A stretch of 64,000 bases of DNA from Candidatus Aenigmatarchaeota archaeon (GTDB lineage: Archaea > Aenigmatarchaeota > Aenigmatarchaeia > GW2011-AR5): the NCBI GenBank assembly GCA_043799385.1, contig JAZDNV010000001.1, positions 102,250-166,249 on the forward strand. Reading direction: 5' to 3'. Within the stretch, counting starts at the first letter, position 1, and each line of letters starts with the position of its first letter. The translations under genes and the position numbers were made by a program. Below, piece by piece: positions 29,114-39,735 of the stretch. A model generated the notes under the pieces. That model did not search any database. It saw only the letters and a list, made by a program, of their open reading frames with translations, and was not told the DNA's origin.

Positions 29114-30208
29114 TCACACAAACAAATCCAATTCAACGCCTTCCTTTTTCAAGTATTTATCGTAAAATATTAATGCCTGTAACGCAAACATAGATACCCA
29201 TGAGTTTATATGATTAAGTTTCTTTCCATTTTCGAAACCATAAAAGAACCCGCCTTTGTGTTCGGTGGAAAGGTTCTGCGATTCCAGCAAACGTTTTCTA
29301 AGTTTTTCTATCCGCTCCTTTTCGTTGATATCCTTCTGTTGCAGGAATATCGTTCCCAGGCGAAGCGTTTGCGCCAAGACGTCATTGCGTTCGTTCTTGT
29401 CGCTTGGATAAGAAGACGGCATACCGCCATCCTCCTGCTGGTTATTCAATGACCACACGACTGCATTCAGAGCACTTTCAACAAACCTGTTTTTATCAAG
29501 CTTCAATCCGGCGTATAGAAGACCCTCAGCCGAATATGAATGCGGGTGCAGATGAGTTTCGTTGCCCAACGTCAAGAACCTACCGTTCTTCTGAAATTTT
29601 ATCGATTCCTCGCAGACCTTTATTGCAGCTTTCCGATATTTTGCTTCATTTAGAATATCATGAACAGCCAACAGGCCAAGAGATAATTTTGCATGGTAGC
29701 TGCCTGAAACAGTTGACCATTTATCACCGATGTTTAGATTCTTTTTCTCGCCTGTGTCATAAATTGAGTAAAAGAGACCATCGGATTTCTGCATCCCAAG
29801 CAAAAAGTCAGCTATCTTTACAGAAAAATCAAGATACTTTTCCATCTGTGTGAGTCGATACAAGTTCGCTAGTCCGAAAAGAACCATGCCATTATCAAAC
29901 GAATATACGGTATTATCGAACCCATTTTCATAATACCGTGCCCTCGTATAGTTGTTTTCCATAGCGATATTTATCAACCAGTTGGCAGCAAGCATTGCCC
30001 TGTCAAGAAAAATTCCCCTGCCGGTGAGTTTATGCAGTTGCAGAAGCGTTGTGATGCCATACCCTGTTATCTCAGAATAGACATAAGCGTATTCTTTTTT
30101 ATCTAGGTTGTACCAGGCATTGAAGCCGCCATTCCATTCGTTGTCGCTGATATTCTGAATTCCAGAATTCAACAACCAATCTGCAAGCAAAGTTATGCTA
30201 GAATTCAT
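29114..30208 (-). CDS. Putative (alpha/alpha)-toroid protein of unknown function
   Basis: Helical repeats with Q..DG turns, YSEITGY, FDNG, HPHSY, SW..MFALQA. Confidence 0.6.
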   Translation of the reverse strand: MNSSITLLADWLLNSGIQNISDNEWNGGFNAWYNLDKKEYAYVYSEITGYGITTLLQLHKLTGRGIFLDRAMLAANWLINIAMENNYTRARYYENGFDNTVYSFDNGMVLFGLANLYRLTQMEKYLDFSVKIADFLLGMQKSDGLFYSIYDTGEKKNLNIGDKWSTVSGSYHAKLSLGLLAVHDILNEAKYRKAAIKVCEESIKFQKNGRFLTLGNETHLHPHSYSAEGLLYAGLKLDKNRFVESALNAVVWSLNNQQEDGGMPSSYPSDKNERNDVLAQTLRLGTIFLQQKDINEKERIEKLRKRLLESQNLSTEHKGGFFYGFENGKKLNHINSWVSMFALQALIFYDKYLKKEGVELDLFV

Positions 30209-30789
30209 TTGATTTCACTATAAATCTTTTTGGGAATATCAAATTTCTTTTTACACTGCCGGCAAGCCATAACAACTGCAACGCCTTCTTTTATTTTTTC
30301 AAGCTTTTTTCCGCAATTGCATACAAATCCCCTTAGCGTTGCCGGGTTGCCATAGACTAGTGCGTGTGCAGGAATGTCTTTTGTTATGACAGAGCCGGCG
30401 CCTATCAATGCGAAATCACCTATTTTTACATTTGGCAACAGCACAGAATTTGCGCCAATCGACGCGCCTTTGCCGACAATAGTAGAATCCTTTAAATCGA
30501 TTATCAGCTTGCTTCTCGGGTTTTTATCATTTACAAAACAGACATGAGGTCCTATGAAGACATCGTCCCCAATTATCGCGTTTCTGTAGATTGATGCCTT
30601 ATTTTGTATGGCGACGTTATTGCCGATTTTGACGTTTTTGTCAACGTAGACACCATACGCAAGAATACAATTTTTTCCTATAGTTGCGTTCTCTCGCACA
30701 TGAACGAAATTCCATACCTCAGTGCCTTCACCAATCTTTGCTTTTTTGTCTATTATCGCCGTAGGAGCTATCACAGCTTCTTCACCCAT
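30205..30789 (-). CDS. Hexapeptide-repeat N-acetyltransferase (WbpD-like) with C-terminal Zn ribbon
   Basis: LbH repeats, FIGP..FVND, GASIGANS, GNPA, CNCG..CRQC. Confidence 0.88.
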   Translation of the reverse strand: MGEEAVIAPTAIIDKKAKIGEGTEVWNFVHVRENATIGKNCILAYGVYVDKNVKIGNNVAIQNKASIYRNAIIGDDVFIGPHVCFVNDKNPRSKLIIDLKDSTIVGKGASIGANSVLLPNVKIGDFALIGAGSVITKDIPAHALVYGNPATLRGFVCNCGKKLEKIKEGVAVVMACRQCKKKFDIPKKIYSEIK

Positions 30790-31721
30790 TCTATGTTTAG
30801 CTTTATACCTTCGCTGAGCATGACCTTGGGTTCCCAGCCGAAAAGCTTATTGGCTTTTGAGTAATCACAACATAATCTTTGCACTTCAGCGGTCCTGTCT
30901 GGTATGTGTATAATTTTTGATGAACTCCCTGTCATCTCAACAACCTTTTGTGCCAGTTCGTTTATGCTGGTTTCCTTTCCAGTACCAAAATTAACCGCCT
31001 CACCTATGGCTTTTTTATTTGTTCCCATCGTGATGAATGCGTTGACCATGTCGCTGACATACGTGAAATCGCGTGTCTGTTCGCCGTTGCCATGTATTGT
31101 CAAATCCTTCCCCTGCAACGCGAGGCTTATGAATTTTGGTATAACATCATACGTGTGCCTGGGCCCGTAAGTGTTGAAAGGTCTTATTATTGATATAGGC
31201 AGATGATAGGTGTTGCAATAGGAATATGCGTAGCGGTCTGCGGCAACTTTTGACGCTCCGTACGGATGAGCAGGGTTCATCGGATGATCCTCGTCTATTG
31301 GCACATACTTGGGCGTGCCGTATACTTCGCTGGACGATGTGCAGACTATCTGATCTGCGTTCAAATCCATTGCTGCGTGCAGGACGTTCAGCGTACCGAC
31401 AAGATTCGTTTCCATCACATCCATCGGATGCTCGAACGAGTTCGGCACATATGCGTCTGCAGCCAGATGGAATATGATTTCAGGCTCAACCTTTTTTATT
31501 ATACCGATTGAATCGCGATTTGCTATGTTGCCAATTAAAACCTTTATCTTGCCAGCCAGGTGAGGTATGTTTCTCAGCTTGAACTGCGTTGGGTCAGACG
31601 GGCTATATACGAATATCGATACGTCACAACCGAGATCGACTAGCTTTTCTGTCAGATGCGAACCTATGAATCCGTCCGCTCCTGTCACTAGTACTCTTTT
31701 GTTTTGCATATCGCCGACCAT
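30771..31721 (-). CDS. NDP-sugar epimerase/4,6-dehydratase (extended SDR)
   Basis: TGADGFIG, SSSEVYG, YGASK, RPFNTYGP, TRDF. Confidence 0.9.
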   Translation of the reverse strand: MVGDMQNKRVLVTGADGFIGSHLTEKLVDLGCDVSIFVYSPSDPTQFKLRNIPHLAGKIKVLIGNIANRDSIGIIKKVEPEIIFHLAADAYVPNSFEHPMDVMETNLVGTLNVLHAAMDLNADQIVCTSSSEVYGTPKYVPIDEDHPMNPAHPYGASKVAADRYAYSYCNTYHLPISIIRPFNTYGPRHTYDVIPKFISLALQGKDLTIHGNGEQTRDFTYVSDMVNAFITMGTNKKAIGEAVNFGTGKETSINELAQKVVEMTGSSSKIIHIPDRTAEVQRLCCDYSKANKLFGWEPKVMLSEGIKLNIEWVKKL

Positions 31722-31751
31722 ATCATCACTATTAGCAGTAGTTCAAAAAAC

Positions 31752-32330
31752 TTAAGAATCTTTAATGGCGTAAGCCCAGACAACGGTTTTGTAAAGTCCA
31801 ACTGCATTCAGAATCTTTCTAGGAATCAAAAATTTTCTGTCAAACTCCTTAAGATAGAAATATACAGGCGTGTCGAAACATATTTTTTGAACTTTAAACC
31901 GCGACAGCAGCGATTTCAGCGATTTTTTCGAGAACGGTTTCTTATGAGTCTTGTCTGAGTAGAACTTGTACCCAACAGGTGTAATCGCTGAAACCCAGTG
32001 GGGCGTTTCTACCACTAGTTTTCCATTCTTCTTCAAGACTCTATGAAACTCGTCTACCGCTTTTTTCGGTAAGTCCAAATGCTCGATGACGTGAAAGCAG
32101 AATACAGCATCGAAATAGCTGTTTTTGAAAGTTAGCTTCTCAACGTCGCATTTTTTGAATTTTACGAACGACGGCAATTTTGCAGATTTCTTGTCAATGC
32201 CATAAATATTCACGTCATTCCTGATTTTTTTGATGAATTTCGAGATTATGCCTGAGCCACAACCAGCATCCAAAACCTTCGAATTTCTTGGCAATTCCGA
32301 AACGATTTTCTCAAGGTATCCTATGTTCAT
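31752..32330 (-). CDS. Class I SAM-dependent methyltransferase
   Basis: VLDAGCGSG, FDAV, HVIEH, RVLKKNG. Confidence 0.88.
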   Translation of the reverse strand: MNIGYLEKIVSELPRNSKVLDAGCGSGIISKFIKKIRNDVNIYGIDKKSAKLPSFVKFKKCDVEKLTFKNSYFDAVFCFHVIEHLDLPKKAVDEFHRVLKKNGKLVVETPHWVSAITPVGYKFYSDKTHKKPFSKKSLKSLLSRFKVQKICFDTPVYFYLKEFDRKFLIPRKILNAVGLYKTVVWAYAIKDS

Positions 32331-32379
32331 AATTCTATTTTGAAATAAAGCTTTAATTTATTCCCAACTTACTATTTCC

Positions 32380-33300
32380 ATGATAGACGTGTTGGTTTTC
32401 ACCTACAACAACGAGGACATAATTGAACGCTGCCTAAAAAGCATAAAGAATCAAAGCTATAAAAAATTCTCCTGCATGGTCATAGACGATGCATCAACGG
32501 ACGGCACGGTAGAATTAGTGAAAAAAAAGTATCCGTGGGTCAATGTATACAAAAAAGAAAAAAACACAGGCCCGACTGAAGGAAGGAATATCGGAATAGA
32601 AAAGACTAAAAATAAGTATATAGCAATGCTCGATAGCGACGTTGAATTGAGCAAAGATTGGTTAAAGAATCAAGTCGCGCTCATAAAATCAGACAAAGAC
32701 ATAGGGATAGTTGGGTCAAAGCTGCTACTTCCAAACGGAAATATAAATTCAGCAGGCGGTTCTATAACGAGGCTTGGTTTTGGGTTTGACAAGACAACGG
32801 ATTCAAAAAAACAGGAGCAGGTCATTTACGTCTGCAGCGCCGCATGGATGATGAGGCGGTCGATAATAGAAAAGATAGGTTTTTTCGACGAGCGATTCTT
32901 TTATCCGCACGAGGATACCGACTACTGCTGGCGAGCATGCATCGCAGGGTTCAAGGTTGTATACAATCCTTTTACAGTTGCTTACCATCTCAGCGGAGGC
33001 ACGATAAAAAAGATGAGCAAACGGGTTGCTTACAATGCTTCAAAGAACAGGATAAGGTCACTGTTAAAAAATTATGAACCAAAAAACATACTGAAATACA
33101 TGCCGTTGCATATCGCATTAGTAATCTTGGACATACCATTGAAGAACAATCGAATTGCCAAAATTAAAGGGTTGCTATGGAATCTAACAAATATCATGGA
33201 TACGATAAAAAGAAGAAAGGACGTGCAGAAAACAAGAAAGGTTAGCGATAAAGAATTGATGGTTTTGTTTTCCAAAAAATGGATAAATGAGAAGGTGTGA
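32380..33300 (+). CDS. Glycosyltransferase family 2
   Basis: TYN, DDASTDGT, LDSD, GFFDE, EDTDYCWR. Confidence 0.9.
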   Translation: MIDVLVFTYNNEDIIERCLKSIKNQSYKKFSCMVIDDASTDGTVELVKKKYPWVNVYKKEKNTGPTEGRNIGIEKTKNKYIAMLDSDVELSKDWLKNQVALIKSDKDIGIVGSKLLLPNGNINSAGGSITRLGFGFDKTTDSKKQEQVIYVCSAAWMMRRSIIEKIGFFDERFFYPHEDTDYCWRACIAGFKVVYNPFTVAYHLSGGTIKKMSKRVAYNASKNRIRSLLKNYEPKNILKYMPLHIALVILDIPLKNNRIAKIKGLLWNLTNIMDTIKRRKDVQKTRKVSDKELMVLFSKKWINEKV

Positions 33301-34721
33301 AGATGAGAGTTCTGGTAACGGATTTGCCGTGGAAGGGAAAGAAATACGCTGGCCGCGCCGGCATGCGATGGGCGCATACGTCTGACAAACAACCGGTAAT
33401 AAGTTTCAGGCCATTCCCGTTTTATCTGGCGTGCACTTCCGCAGTGCTGGAAAGAGCTGGTCATGATGTATTGGTCGTAGATGCGCTGGCTGAAAATTTA
33501 TCAGAGGATGAATATTTCAAGCGCATCGCAGGGTTTTCTCCTGATTTCATAGTCGCAGAAATACATACGCCGTCATACAATAACGACCGAACTTACATGA
33601 AAAAATTAAAAGAACTCACCGGCGCGAAGATGATATTCGCAGGCCCGCAGCCGACGGCATTGCCAGAGCAGGTCCTGAAAGAGAATAAAGGAGTAGCAGA
33701 CTTTGCCCTTGTTTCTGAGTATGAATTTCTGGCGTTGATGGCAGTAGAAGGCAAAGCAAAAAAAGGCATAGTCAAGTCAAAAAAGCTTGTTGATATCAAT
33801 GACATACCGTGGCCAGCCAGGCACATGTTTAAGATGAATCTTTACAACGAGGTCTTCTGCAGGAACTATCCGAATATACAGATGATGGCTTCACGGGGCT
33901 GCCCGTTGCGTTGCAGCTACTGCAACATATTCACGATGAACAACTTCCAGAGGATTCATAGAAAACGAGACGTTGGTAACGTTGCGGATGAGATGCAGTT
34001 TTGTATTGATGAATACAAGCCGAAGGAGCTCTATCTGGATGACGATAATATTGATATATCGCCGCAATGGCTAAGCGACCTTCTCGATGAGAAAATAAAA
34101 AGAATCGGCGACTTTCCATTCACCTGCATGGGTCATGTGAATGTAAAAGAAGAGCTCTTGGAGAAGATGAAAAAAGCCGGTTGTGTTGGCATAAAGCTTG
34201 GAATAGAATCTTCGAATAATTATGTATTGAAAAGGCTTGGCAAAGGCATGACAAACGAGATGGCTGTGCGTACAATAAAGAAGTGCAAGGAACTTGGCAT
34301 AAAGACGCATCTCACGTTCTGCATAGGCCTGCCGGGTGACACAGAGCAGACGGTAAGTGATACGATAGATTTTGCAATGAAATATGGCGACAGCTTTCAG
34401 ATAAGCACAGCCGCGCCGTTTCCAGCAACACCACTATGGGACGAGGCGGTGAAAAACAATTGGATAAAATTCAAATCCTGGGACAGTTTTGATGGCATGA
34501 AGGACGCGATAATAAACTATCCGAACCTTTCAAATAAATGCCTGCAGAACATCGCAATGAATGCTCAGGCGATGAGTTACAGGAAGGCGGTGAAGAGCGG
34601 TGAATGGAAAAAATACGTTAAAATGATATTCCAGGAAAGAGGGATAACCGGAGTAACAAAGATGGCTTTCATCCGCGGGCCGGGTATGATCTACAATCTT
34701 TTGAAATCTAAACGCCGATGA
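33297..34721 (+). CDS. B12-binding domain radical SAM protein
   Basis: SRGCPLRCSYC, DDDN, GIES; N-terminal AGMRW..PFP..LA and AGPQPT. Confidence 0.9.
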   Translation: MKMRVLVTDLPWKGKKYAGRAGMRWAHTSDKQPVISFRPFPFYLACTSAVLERAGHDVLVVDALAENLSEDEYFKRIAGFSPDFIVAEIHTPSYNNDRTYMKKLKELTGAKMIFAGPQPTALPEQVLKENKGVADFALVSEYEFLALMAVEGKAKKGIVKSKKLVDINDIPWPARHMFKMNLYNEVFCRNYPNIQMMASRGCPLRCSYCNIFTMNNFQRIHRKRDVGNVADEMQFCIDEYKPKELYLDDDNIDISPQWLSDLLDEKIKRIGDFPFTCMGHVNVKEELLEKMKKAGCVGIKLGIESSNNYVLKRLGKGMTNEMAVRTIKKCKELGIKTHLTFCIGLPGDTEQTVSDTIDFAMKYGDSFQISTAAPFPATPLWDEAVKNNWIKFKSWDSFDGMKDAIINYPNLSNKCLQNIAMNAQAMSYRKAVKSGEWKKYVKMIFQERGITGVTKMAFIRGPGMIYNLLKSKRR

Positions 34722-35823
34722 GCTTCTTCAGGAGCTTTAACTGATTATTTTTTGTGAACCGGTTTGCATGTTTTTTTGCGTTCAAAGATAACCTTGAATA
34801 CGACTTTTTTTCATCAAGCTTTAGGATATTTTTAATCCACTCTTCTATGTCGAATATATCTCTTACTACAAGTCCACCATTGCCTATTGCTTCTGGTATG
34901 CCCCCGCGATTGCTGCCAACGCATGGTATGCCGCTCACTCCAGCTTCCAGCGCGACACGACCGAATGGTTCTGGCCATATTGATGGTACTAAAAGCATTT
35001 TTGTTTTGCCATATACATCGCGCATATCACTAACATAAGAAATATAATCTACATTCTGATGTTTCTTGAATTTCGCTGCCCATTTCTTGTTTCCACCGAC
35101 AACCAAGAATCTTTTATCTGGAAGCGAATCTACTATATCCAAGGCGATTGACGCGCCTTTGATTGTAGTCGGGTTTATGAATGTCGTATAACTGCCGGAT
35201 TTTGTTTTGAACATGTCAATATTTAAAATAGGGTAAAAAACCTTCGAGTCAAGTCCATAGAATCTCCTAAGCATCCCTGCCATGTACGTGCTGTTTGATA
35301 ATATCATGTCAGCGTTCCCCAGAGATTTTTCCTGCCATGATATGTATTTTTTGATGAACGGATGCTGTAATTTATACTGTAACGGAGAGCAACTCAGGCA
35401 TTTTCTGTCACATGAATCAGGGCTCACTGTCCTGAAAGAGAACGGGCAGAAATGGTCATAGTTGTGCAGGAATACAACTGATTTTATGCCAGATTTTTTC
35501 GCAACTTCTATTGTTGATGGCGTGTATTCCAATTGGGTAAAAACTAAATCAGGTTTTATTTCTTTTACCTTTTTTTCAAGATGCCTCTTCCAGATGAGGT
35601 TTGCAGAGTATTGCCTAATTATGCTACGGTTGAATATCGGGATATTCTTGAAGACAAAGCTTCTTGGCTTAGGTAGCAGGTTTAGCGATGATTTCTTCAT
35701 CTGCCCTACGTACAATACATATATTTCATGCTCATTGGATAACTCATTCATCAATTCCTCTAAAAAAACCTCAGCGCCGCCTATATGCGGGTAAAAGTTC
35801 TCTGCTGAAAATAGTATCTTCAT
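34708..35823 (-). CDS. Glycosyltransferase family 4
   Basis: GGAE, KG, EPFGRVALEA, GGIPE. Confidence 0.9.
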   Translation of the reverse strand: MKILFSAENFYPHIGGAEVFLEELMNELSNEHEIYVLYVGQMKKSSLNLLPKPRSFVFKNIPIFNRSIIRQYSANLIWKRHLEKKVKEIKPDLVFTQLEYTPSTIEVAKKSGIKSVVFLHNYDHFCPFSFRTVSPDSCDRKCLSCSPLQYKLQHPFIKKYISWQEKSLGNADMILSNSTYMAGMLRRFYGLDSKVFYPILNIDMFKTKSGSYTTFINPTTIKGASIALDIVDSLPDKRFLVVGGNKKWAAKFKKHQNVDYISYVSDMRDVYGKTKMLLVPSIWPEPFGRVALEAGVSGIPCVGSNRGGIPEAIGNGGLVVRDIFDIEEWIKNILKLDEKKSYSRLSLNAKKHANRFTKNNQLKLLKKLIGV

Positions 35824-35824
35824 T

Positions 35825-37234
35825 TCACTCAGCCCTTTCAAGTGTAAAAAATTTCAGGAATCTTAAACCACTTAAAGCTATTTTAGTCACCATAAGTGGA
35901 TTGTTAAAGAAACGCCTTAACCATAACTTCATCTCAAAATACCGAATTTTACTCCTCGCTTCGCTGAAAACCATTTTGAATTCTTCATAATCCACATCAT
36001 CATCAAGAAGAATCGGTTTTCCCAGATGATATTCGGATAGCGTACGCCAGTCCATATGGTTCGATACACGACCCCTCTTCAATGCTATGTCCCACATCTC
36101 CGTGCCAGGCAACGGCGACATTATTGAAAGCCAGGCAATTTCAGCGTCCTGCTTTCTGAGGAAGTTTATGAATTCCACGGTTTTCCTCATGTCATCTATC
36201 GTTTCTGTCGGACTTCCGATTATCAATGCCGCGCCTACGCGTATGCCATATTTTTTACAAAGAATCACAGACTTTTTGTTGTTGTCTAATGTTACCGATT
36301 CTCTTTTTAGATACTTAATCATACGGTCGCTGCCTGACTCAAAGCCGAAGTTGAAGAATATCACACCCAATTCATTCGCGATTCTGCACAGTTCATCGTC
36401 AACTAAATTGGCACGAGCCATTGCATTGAATTTTATCTTTCCTAAAATCCCCCGTTTCTTCAGGTCATTTGCTAATTCCTTCAGTCTTTCCTTATTGACA
36501 AGAAACAGGTCATCCCATATGGAGATGAACTCAACCTTATAATTCCTGTAAAGGTACTCGATTTCGTCTGCTACTCTCCTGACAGAATGCATTCGGTATT
36601 TTTTCCAGAACAGGCTCGTGGAGCAGAATCGGCAGTGGTAAGGGCAGCCGCGACTTGTCATGATATTCGCCATTCTCACAGCTTTTCTTGTTTCCAGTAT
36701 GCATTTGTTTTTGAATCTTTTGCTGAAAAAGCTGCGGTCTATTATCGGTATCCTGTCCAATGACATTATCATTTCCCTCGGCTTTGTTATGACGAGCTTG
36801 TTTTTATCGGAGAATACCAATCCATTTATTTTCTTCAGGTCACTTTTTTTGGTTTTATTGCTTCTGAATGCCTTCATCAGATCAAACATGGTTTCTTCAC
36901 CTTCGCCTATGACCCCGATATCAAAGACAGGATCGAATGATTCAGGCAGGGTAGATATGTGAACGCCACCGATAAGAATCACGACATCCTTGAATTCCTT
37001 TTTTATGTTCTTTGCAAGTTCGCATGCCTTTCCATAATACATGGTCATCGCTGATAAACCGATTATGTTAGGTTTCTCTTTTCTGAGTTCATCTATGATA
37101 TTCTCATATTTTGCATCTATTATTACAGTATTGTCGAAGTTTCCATACTCTTTAAGATACGTTGCTATTGAGCCTAGACCTATAGGCGGGTCTGCACCGC
37201 TGCTTCTGTACATAGGAACAAGTGCTAACTTCAT
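35825..37234 (-). CDS. B12-binding domain radical SAM protein
   Basis: PPIGL, GGVH, GEGE, TSRGCPYHCRFC, GFESGS. Confidence 0.92.
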   Translation of the reverse strand: MKLALVPMYRSSGADPPIGLGSIATYLKEYGNFDNTVIIDAKYENIIDELRKEKPNIIGLSAMTMYYGKACELAKNIKKEFKDVVILIGGVHISTLPESFDPVFDIGVIGEGEETMFDLMKAFRSNKTKKSDLKKINGLVFSDKNKLVITKPREMIMSLDRIPIIDRSFFSKRFKNKCILETRKAVRMANIMTSRGCPYHCRFCSTSLFWKKYRMHSVRRVADEIEYLYRNYKVEFISIWDDLFLVNKERLKELANDLKKRGILGKIKFNAMARANLVDDELCRIANELGVIFFNFGFESGSDRMIKYLKRESVTLDNNKKSVILCKKYGIRVGAALIIGSPTETIDDMRKTVEFINFLRKQDAEIAWLSIMSPLPGTEMWDIALKRGRVSNHMDWRTLSEYHLGKPILLDDDVDYEEFKMVFSEARSKIRYFEMKLWLRRFFNNPLMVTKIALSGLRFLKFFTLERAE

Positions 37235-37866
37235 TTTCTCGCCCTCACAATCAGGCCAGCTGCTATTGTAGGAAACCTTGTTGCCACTCCGGAAACAAAT
37301 TTATAAAATACTGATTTATCGTCCTCGCCCAACCATGGCAGTATGTAAAGATAGCTGCCTGCGATGACATCTACCTTGAACTTATTTTTCTTTAGTAAAA
37401 ATCTCAAATCACCAGATGAAAATATATGGACGTGGCCTAGATTCTCCAAAGATGATATATATGTTGGCGTCTGGCCGAAAAACAATAACCTTAATCTCGT
37501 GTTTATTGACGCAACGTTTGGTGTCGTGAACACAAAATAACCGCCTTTCTTCAATATGCGGTGGCACTCACTCAGGAAAAAATTCACGTCAGCTATATGC
37601 TCAATTACGTCACGTGCAAACAGTATATCAAAGTAATTACTTTTGTATGGAAAACCTTTTGTTATATCATGCTGCCTGACTTTCAATCCATTTTTCTTCG
37701 CGATTTTTACAGAATCTGAGATATCGACTCCGTAATAGTCTGCCTCTGGAAAAAACTTGGCCCAGCGGCCGACATGGCATCCGATATCAAGAACCTTCTT
37801 TCCTTTACTCACCGGCAAGAACTCTTTGATTTTCTTGGCATGCGTCGGAACGAATGTTATTTTCAT
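37231..37866 (-). CDS. Class I SAM-dependent methyltransferase
   Basis: VLDIGC, FD, VIEH, RILKKGG, TTPN. Confidence 0.88.
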   Translation of the reverse strand: MKITFVPTHAKKIKEFLPVSKGKKVLDIGCHVGRWAKFFPEADYYGVDISDSVKIAKKNGLKVRQHDITKGFPYKSNYFDILFARDVIEHIADVNFFLSECHRILKKGGYFVFTTPNVASINTRLRLLFFGQTPTYISSLENLGHVHIFSSGDLRFLLKKNKFKVDVIAGSYLYILPWLGEDDKSVFYKFVSGVATRFPTIAAGLIVRARK

Positions 37867-39713
37867 TTCAACACCTGTTCTACAAGTTTTGCAAACCTTT
37901 CGGCTGATTTTCCATCAGTTTTGTATATACTCTTAGTTATTAAGCGCCTTCTCGCCGATTCCAGCCTTTTTCGCAATGCTTTATTGTTTATAATATTTTT
38001 AATCGATGGCGCTATGTCTTTTTCCATGTAAGCGCCGACGGCTGCTCCGCTTGAAACGAACGGAAATTTATCAGGCTGACCAGATAGATTCACTATCAGA
38101 ACTGGCTTATCGAATAGCATGGCTTCAAGCGCAGTCGTCGAATAATAAGTAATCGCTAAACCGCACGAATTGAACAATTCATATAAGTCAACGCACTTGA
38201 CAATTATAGGCTTGATGTCATATTCGTTTGCGATTTTTTTATGCAACTCGTCATTTTCATCCGGATGCAATTTTACAATAAGCTGTAGATCTGGAAATTC
38301 TTCAATCGCTTTGAAAACCCCATGCAACAACGCCTCGTTCTCCTCCTTTGATACAGGTTGAGTTGTCAGGACGACTATAGTCTTGTCTTTCGGAATGCCG
38401 AACTTTTCATACACGCTGTTCTTGTTGTAATACATTTTCTTTAGGAATAGTTCATCGTATCTCGGGTCGCCGGTAATCTCTATTCTTTTTCTTTCAACAC
38501 CGCGTCTTGCCCAGAAATCCTTTGTCATCTGCCCAAAGGCAGCTATTTTGCTAGCATAAACATTTCCGTCTTTCGGATAACCAACATCTATTACACCGTG
38601 GTCTGAAAGAAGTACAGGAATATGCCTGCTTGATACCATATCATACAGTTTTGCCCACCTGCCGATCTCATCATAATTTATCAGAAGATCTGGTTTTCCC
38701 TCTTCGATGAAATTCTTTAGCGCTTCGATATGCTTTACCAGTTCTGGAAAATCATGCTTTAGATAGAATTCGAACAGCAATATAGATGAGTCATACAAGT
38801 CTGTATTTTTGTACGATAACATATTTCTGAATTTTTCATCCTTTTTTAATTCAGACAGCGACTCCTTGAATGCGCTCTCCATGATTTTTGTTTTTGCAGC
38901 GACATCTTTTGTAATATAACTTGATACATGCTCTGTACGGCCTATGGACGATTTTGATTCGTCTATGCTGAGAAATACAACATCATTCTTTATCTTGTTT
39001 ATCCACGGCGTTATCACAGCGAACCTGAAGTTTGAGCTTATTGGAATTACAATCAGCTTTCCGACTTTATCGAAATGCAACCTCTTACACGGCTTTAGTC
39101 GTTTTGTTCCCCAAGGTTGGACAAATCGCATTGCAAATGGAATCAGCATACGTCTGATTTTGTTAAACCAAGAGGCCTTTCCCGTTACCATGGCACCTCT
39201 AGACTTTGCTATACTATAGGTTATGCTTCCCATCTGGCTGCCTGTGTCGAATATGTGAATATGTTCAGGCTTTTCTCTGTTTATTATCTTTTCAGCAAGC
39301 GATATGTCTGAAAATATCCTTGAGAAGTAGTTCCAGGAATCAGCTCGAACGATTTCCCATAGCGAACAACCGTCGTGTGTCACAGCATTCTTGAATTTAT
39401 CATATTTTTCAATGTTGATGATGAATTTCATCGCATCTTCTTCAGCGATCTTGTAGAAATCAGCGGATATGTAGTCATTATGATTTCTGCACGCTATCCC
39501 AGCTCTGTCCAATTTTTCATTTGTTTCATGATCTAACGCGACTATCACAAGTTCTTTTTTCTTGGACAGTTTTTTGATGGTCGGTATTACTTTTAGGTTG
39601 AATGTCAAGTAAGAGTGCAAACCCGCAATGGAGTTGTAAATGCTTGAAACAAATTTTATTGTTGTCGGGATTCTTCCCCTTCTGGAATCTAAGATTATAA
39701 GCGTCTTTTCCAT
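37863..39713 (-). CDS. GT-B-fold transferase (CDP-glycerol phosphotransferase/sialyltransferase-like)
   Basis: HG, TGDPRYD, KLHP, STTALEAMLFDKP; directly downstream of the dehydratase and cytidylyltransferase genes. Confidence 0.65.
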   Translation of the reverse strand: MEKTLIILDSRRGRIPTTIKFVSSIYNSIAGLHSYLTFNLKVIPTIKKLSKKKELVIVALDHETNEKLDRAGIACRNHNDYISADFYKIAEEDAMKFIINIEKYDKFKNAVTHDGCSLWEIVRADSWNYFSRIFSDISLAEKIINREKPEHIHIFDTGSQMGSITYSIAKSRGAMVTGKASWFNKIRRMLIPFAMRFVQPWGTKRLKPCKRLHFDKVGKLIVIPISSNFRFAVITPWINKIKNDVVFLSIDESKSSIGRTEHVSSYITKDVAAKTKIMESAFKESLSELKKDEKFRNMLSYKNTDLYDSSILLFEFYLKHDFPELVKHIEALKNFIEEGKPDLLINYDEIGRWAKLYDMVSSRHIPVLLSDHGVIDVGYPKDGNVYASKIAAFGQMTKDFWARRGVERKRIEITGDPRYDELFLKKMYYNKNSVYEKFGIPKDKTIVVLTTQPVSKEENEALLHGVFKAIEEFPDLQLIVKLHPDENDELHKKIANEYDIKPIIVKCVDLYELFNSCGLAITYYSTTALEAMLFDKPVLIVNLSGQPDKFPFVSSGAAVGAYMEKDIAPSIKNIINNKALRKRLESARRRLITKSIYKTDGKSAERFAKLVEQVLK

Positions 39714-39735
39714 CGAATCACTTTATTTAAAAGAA

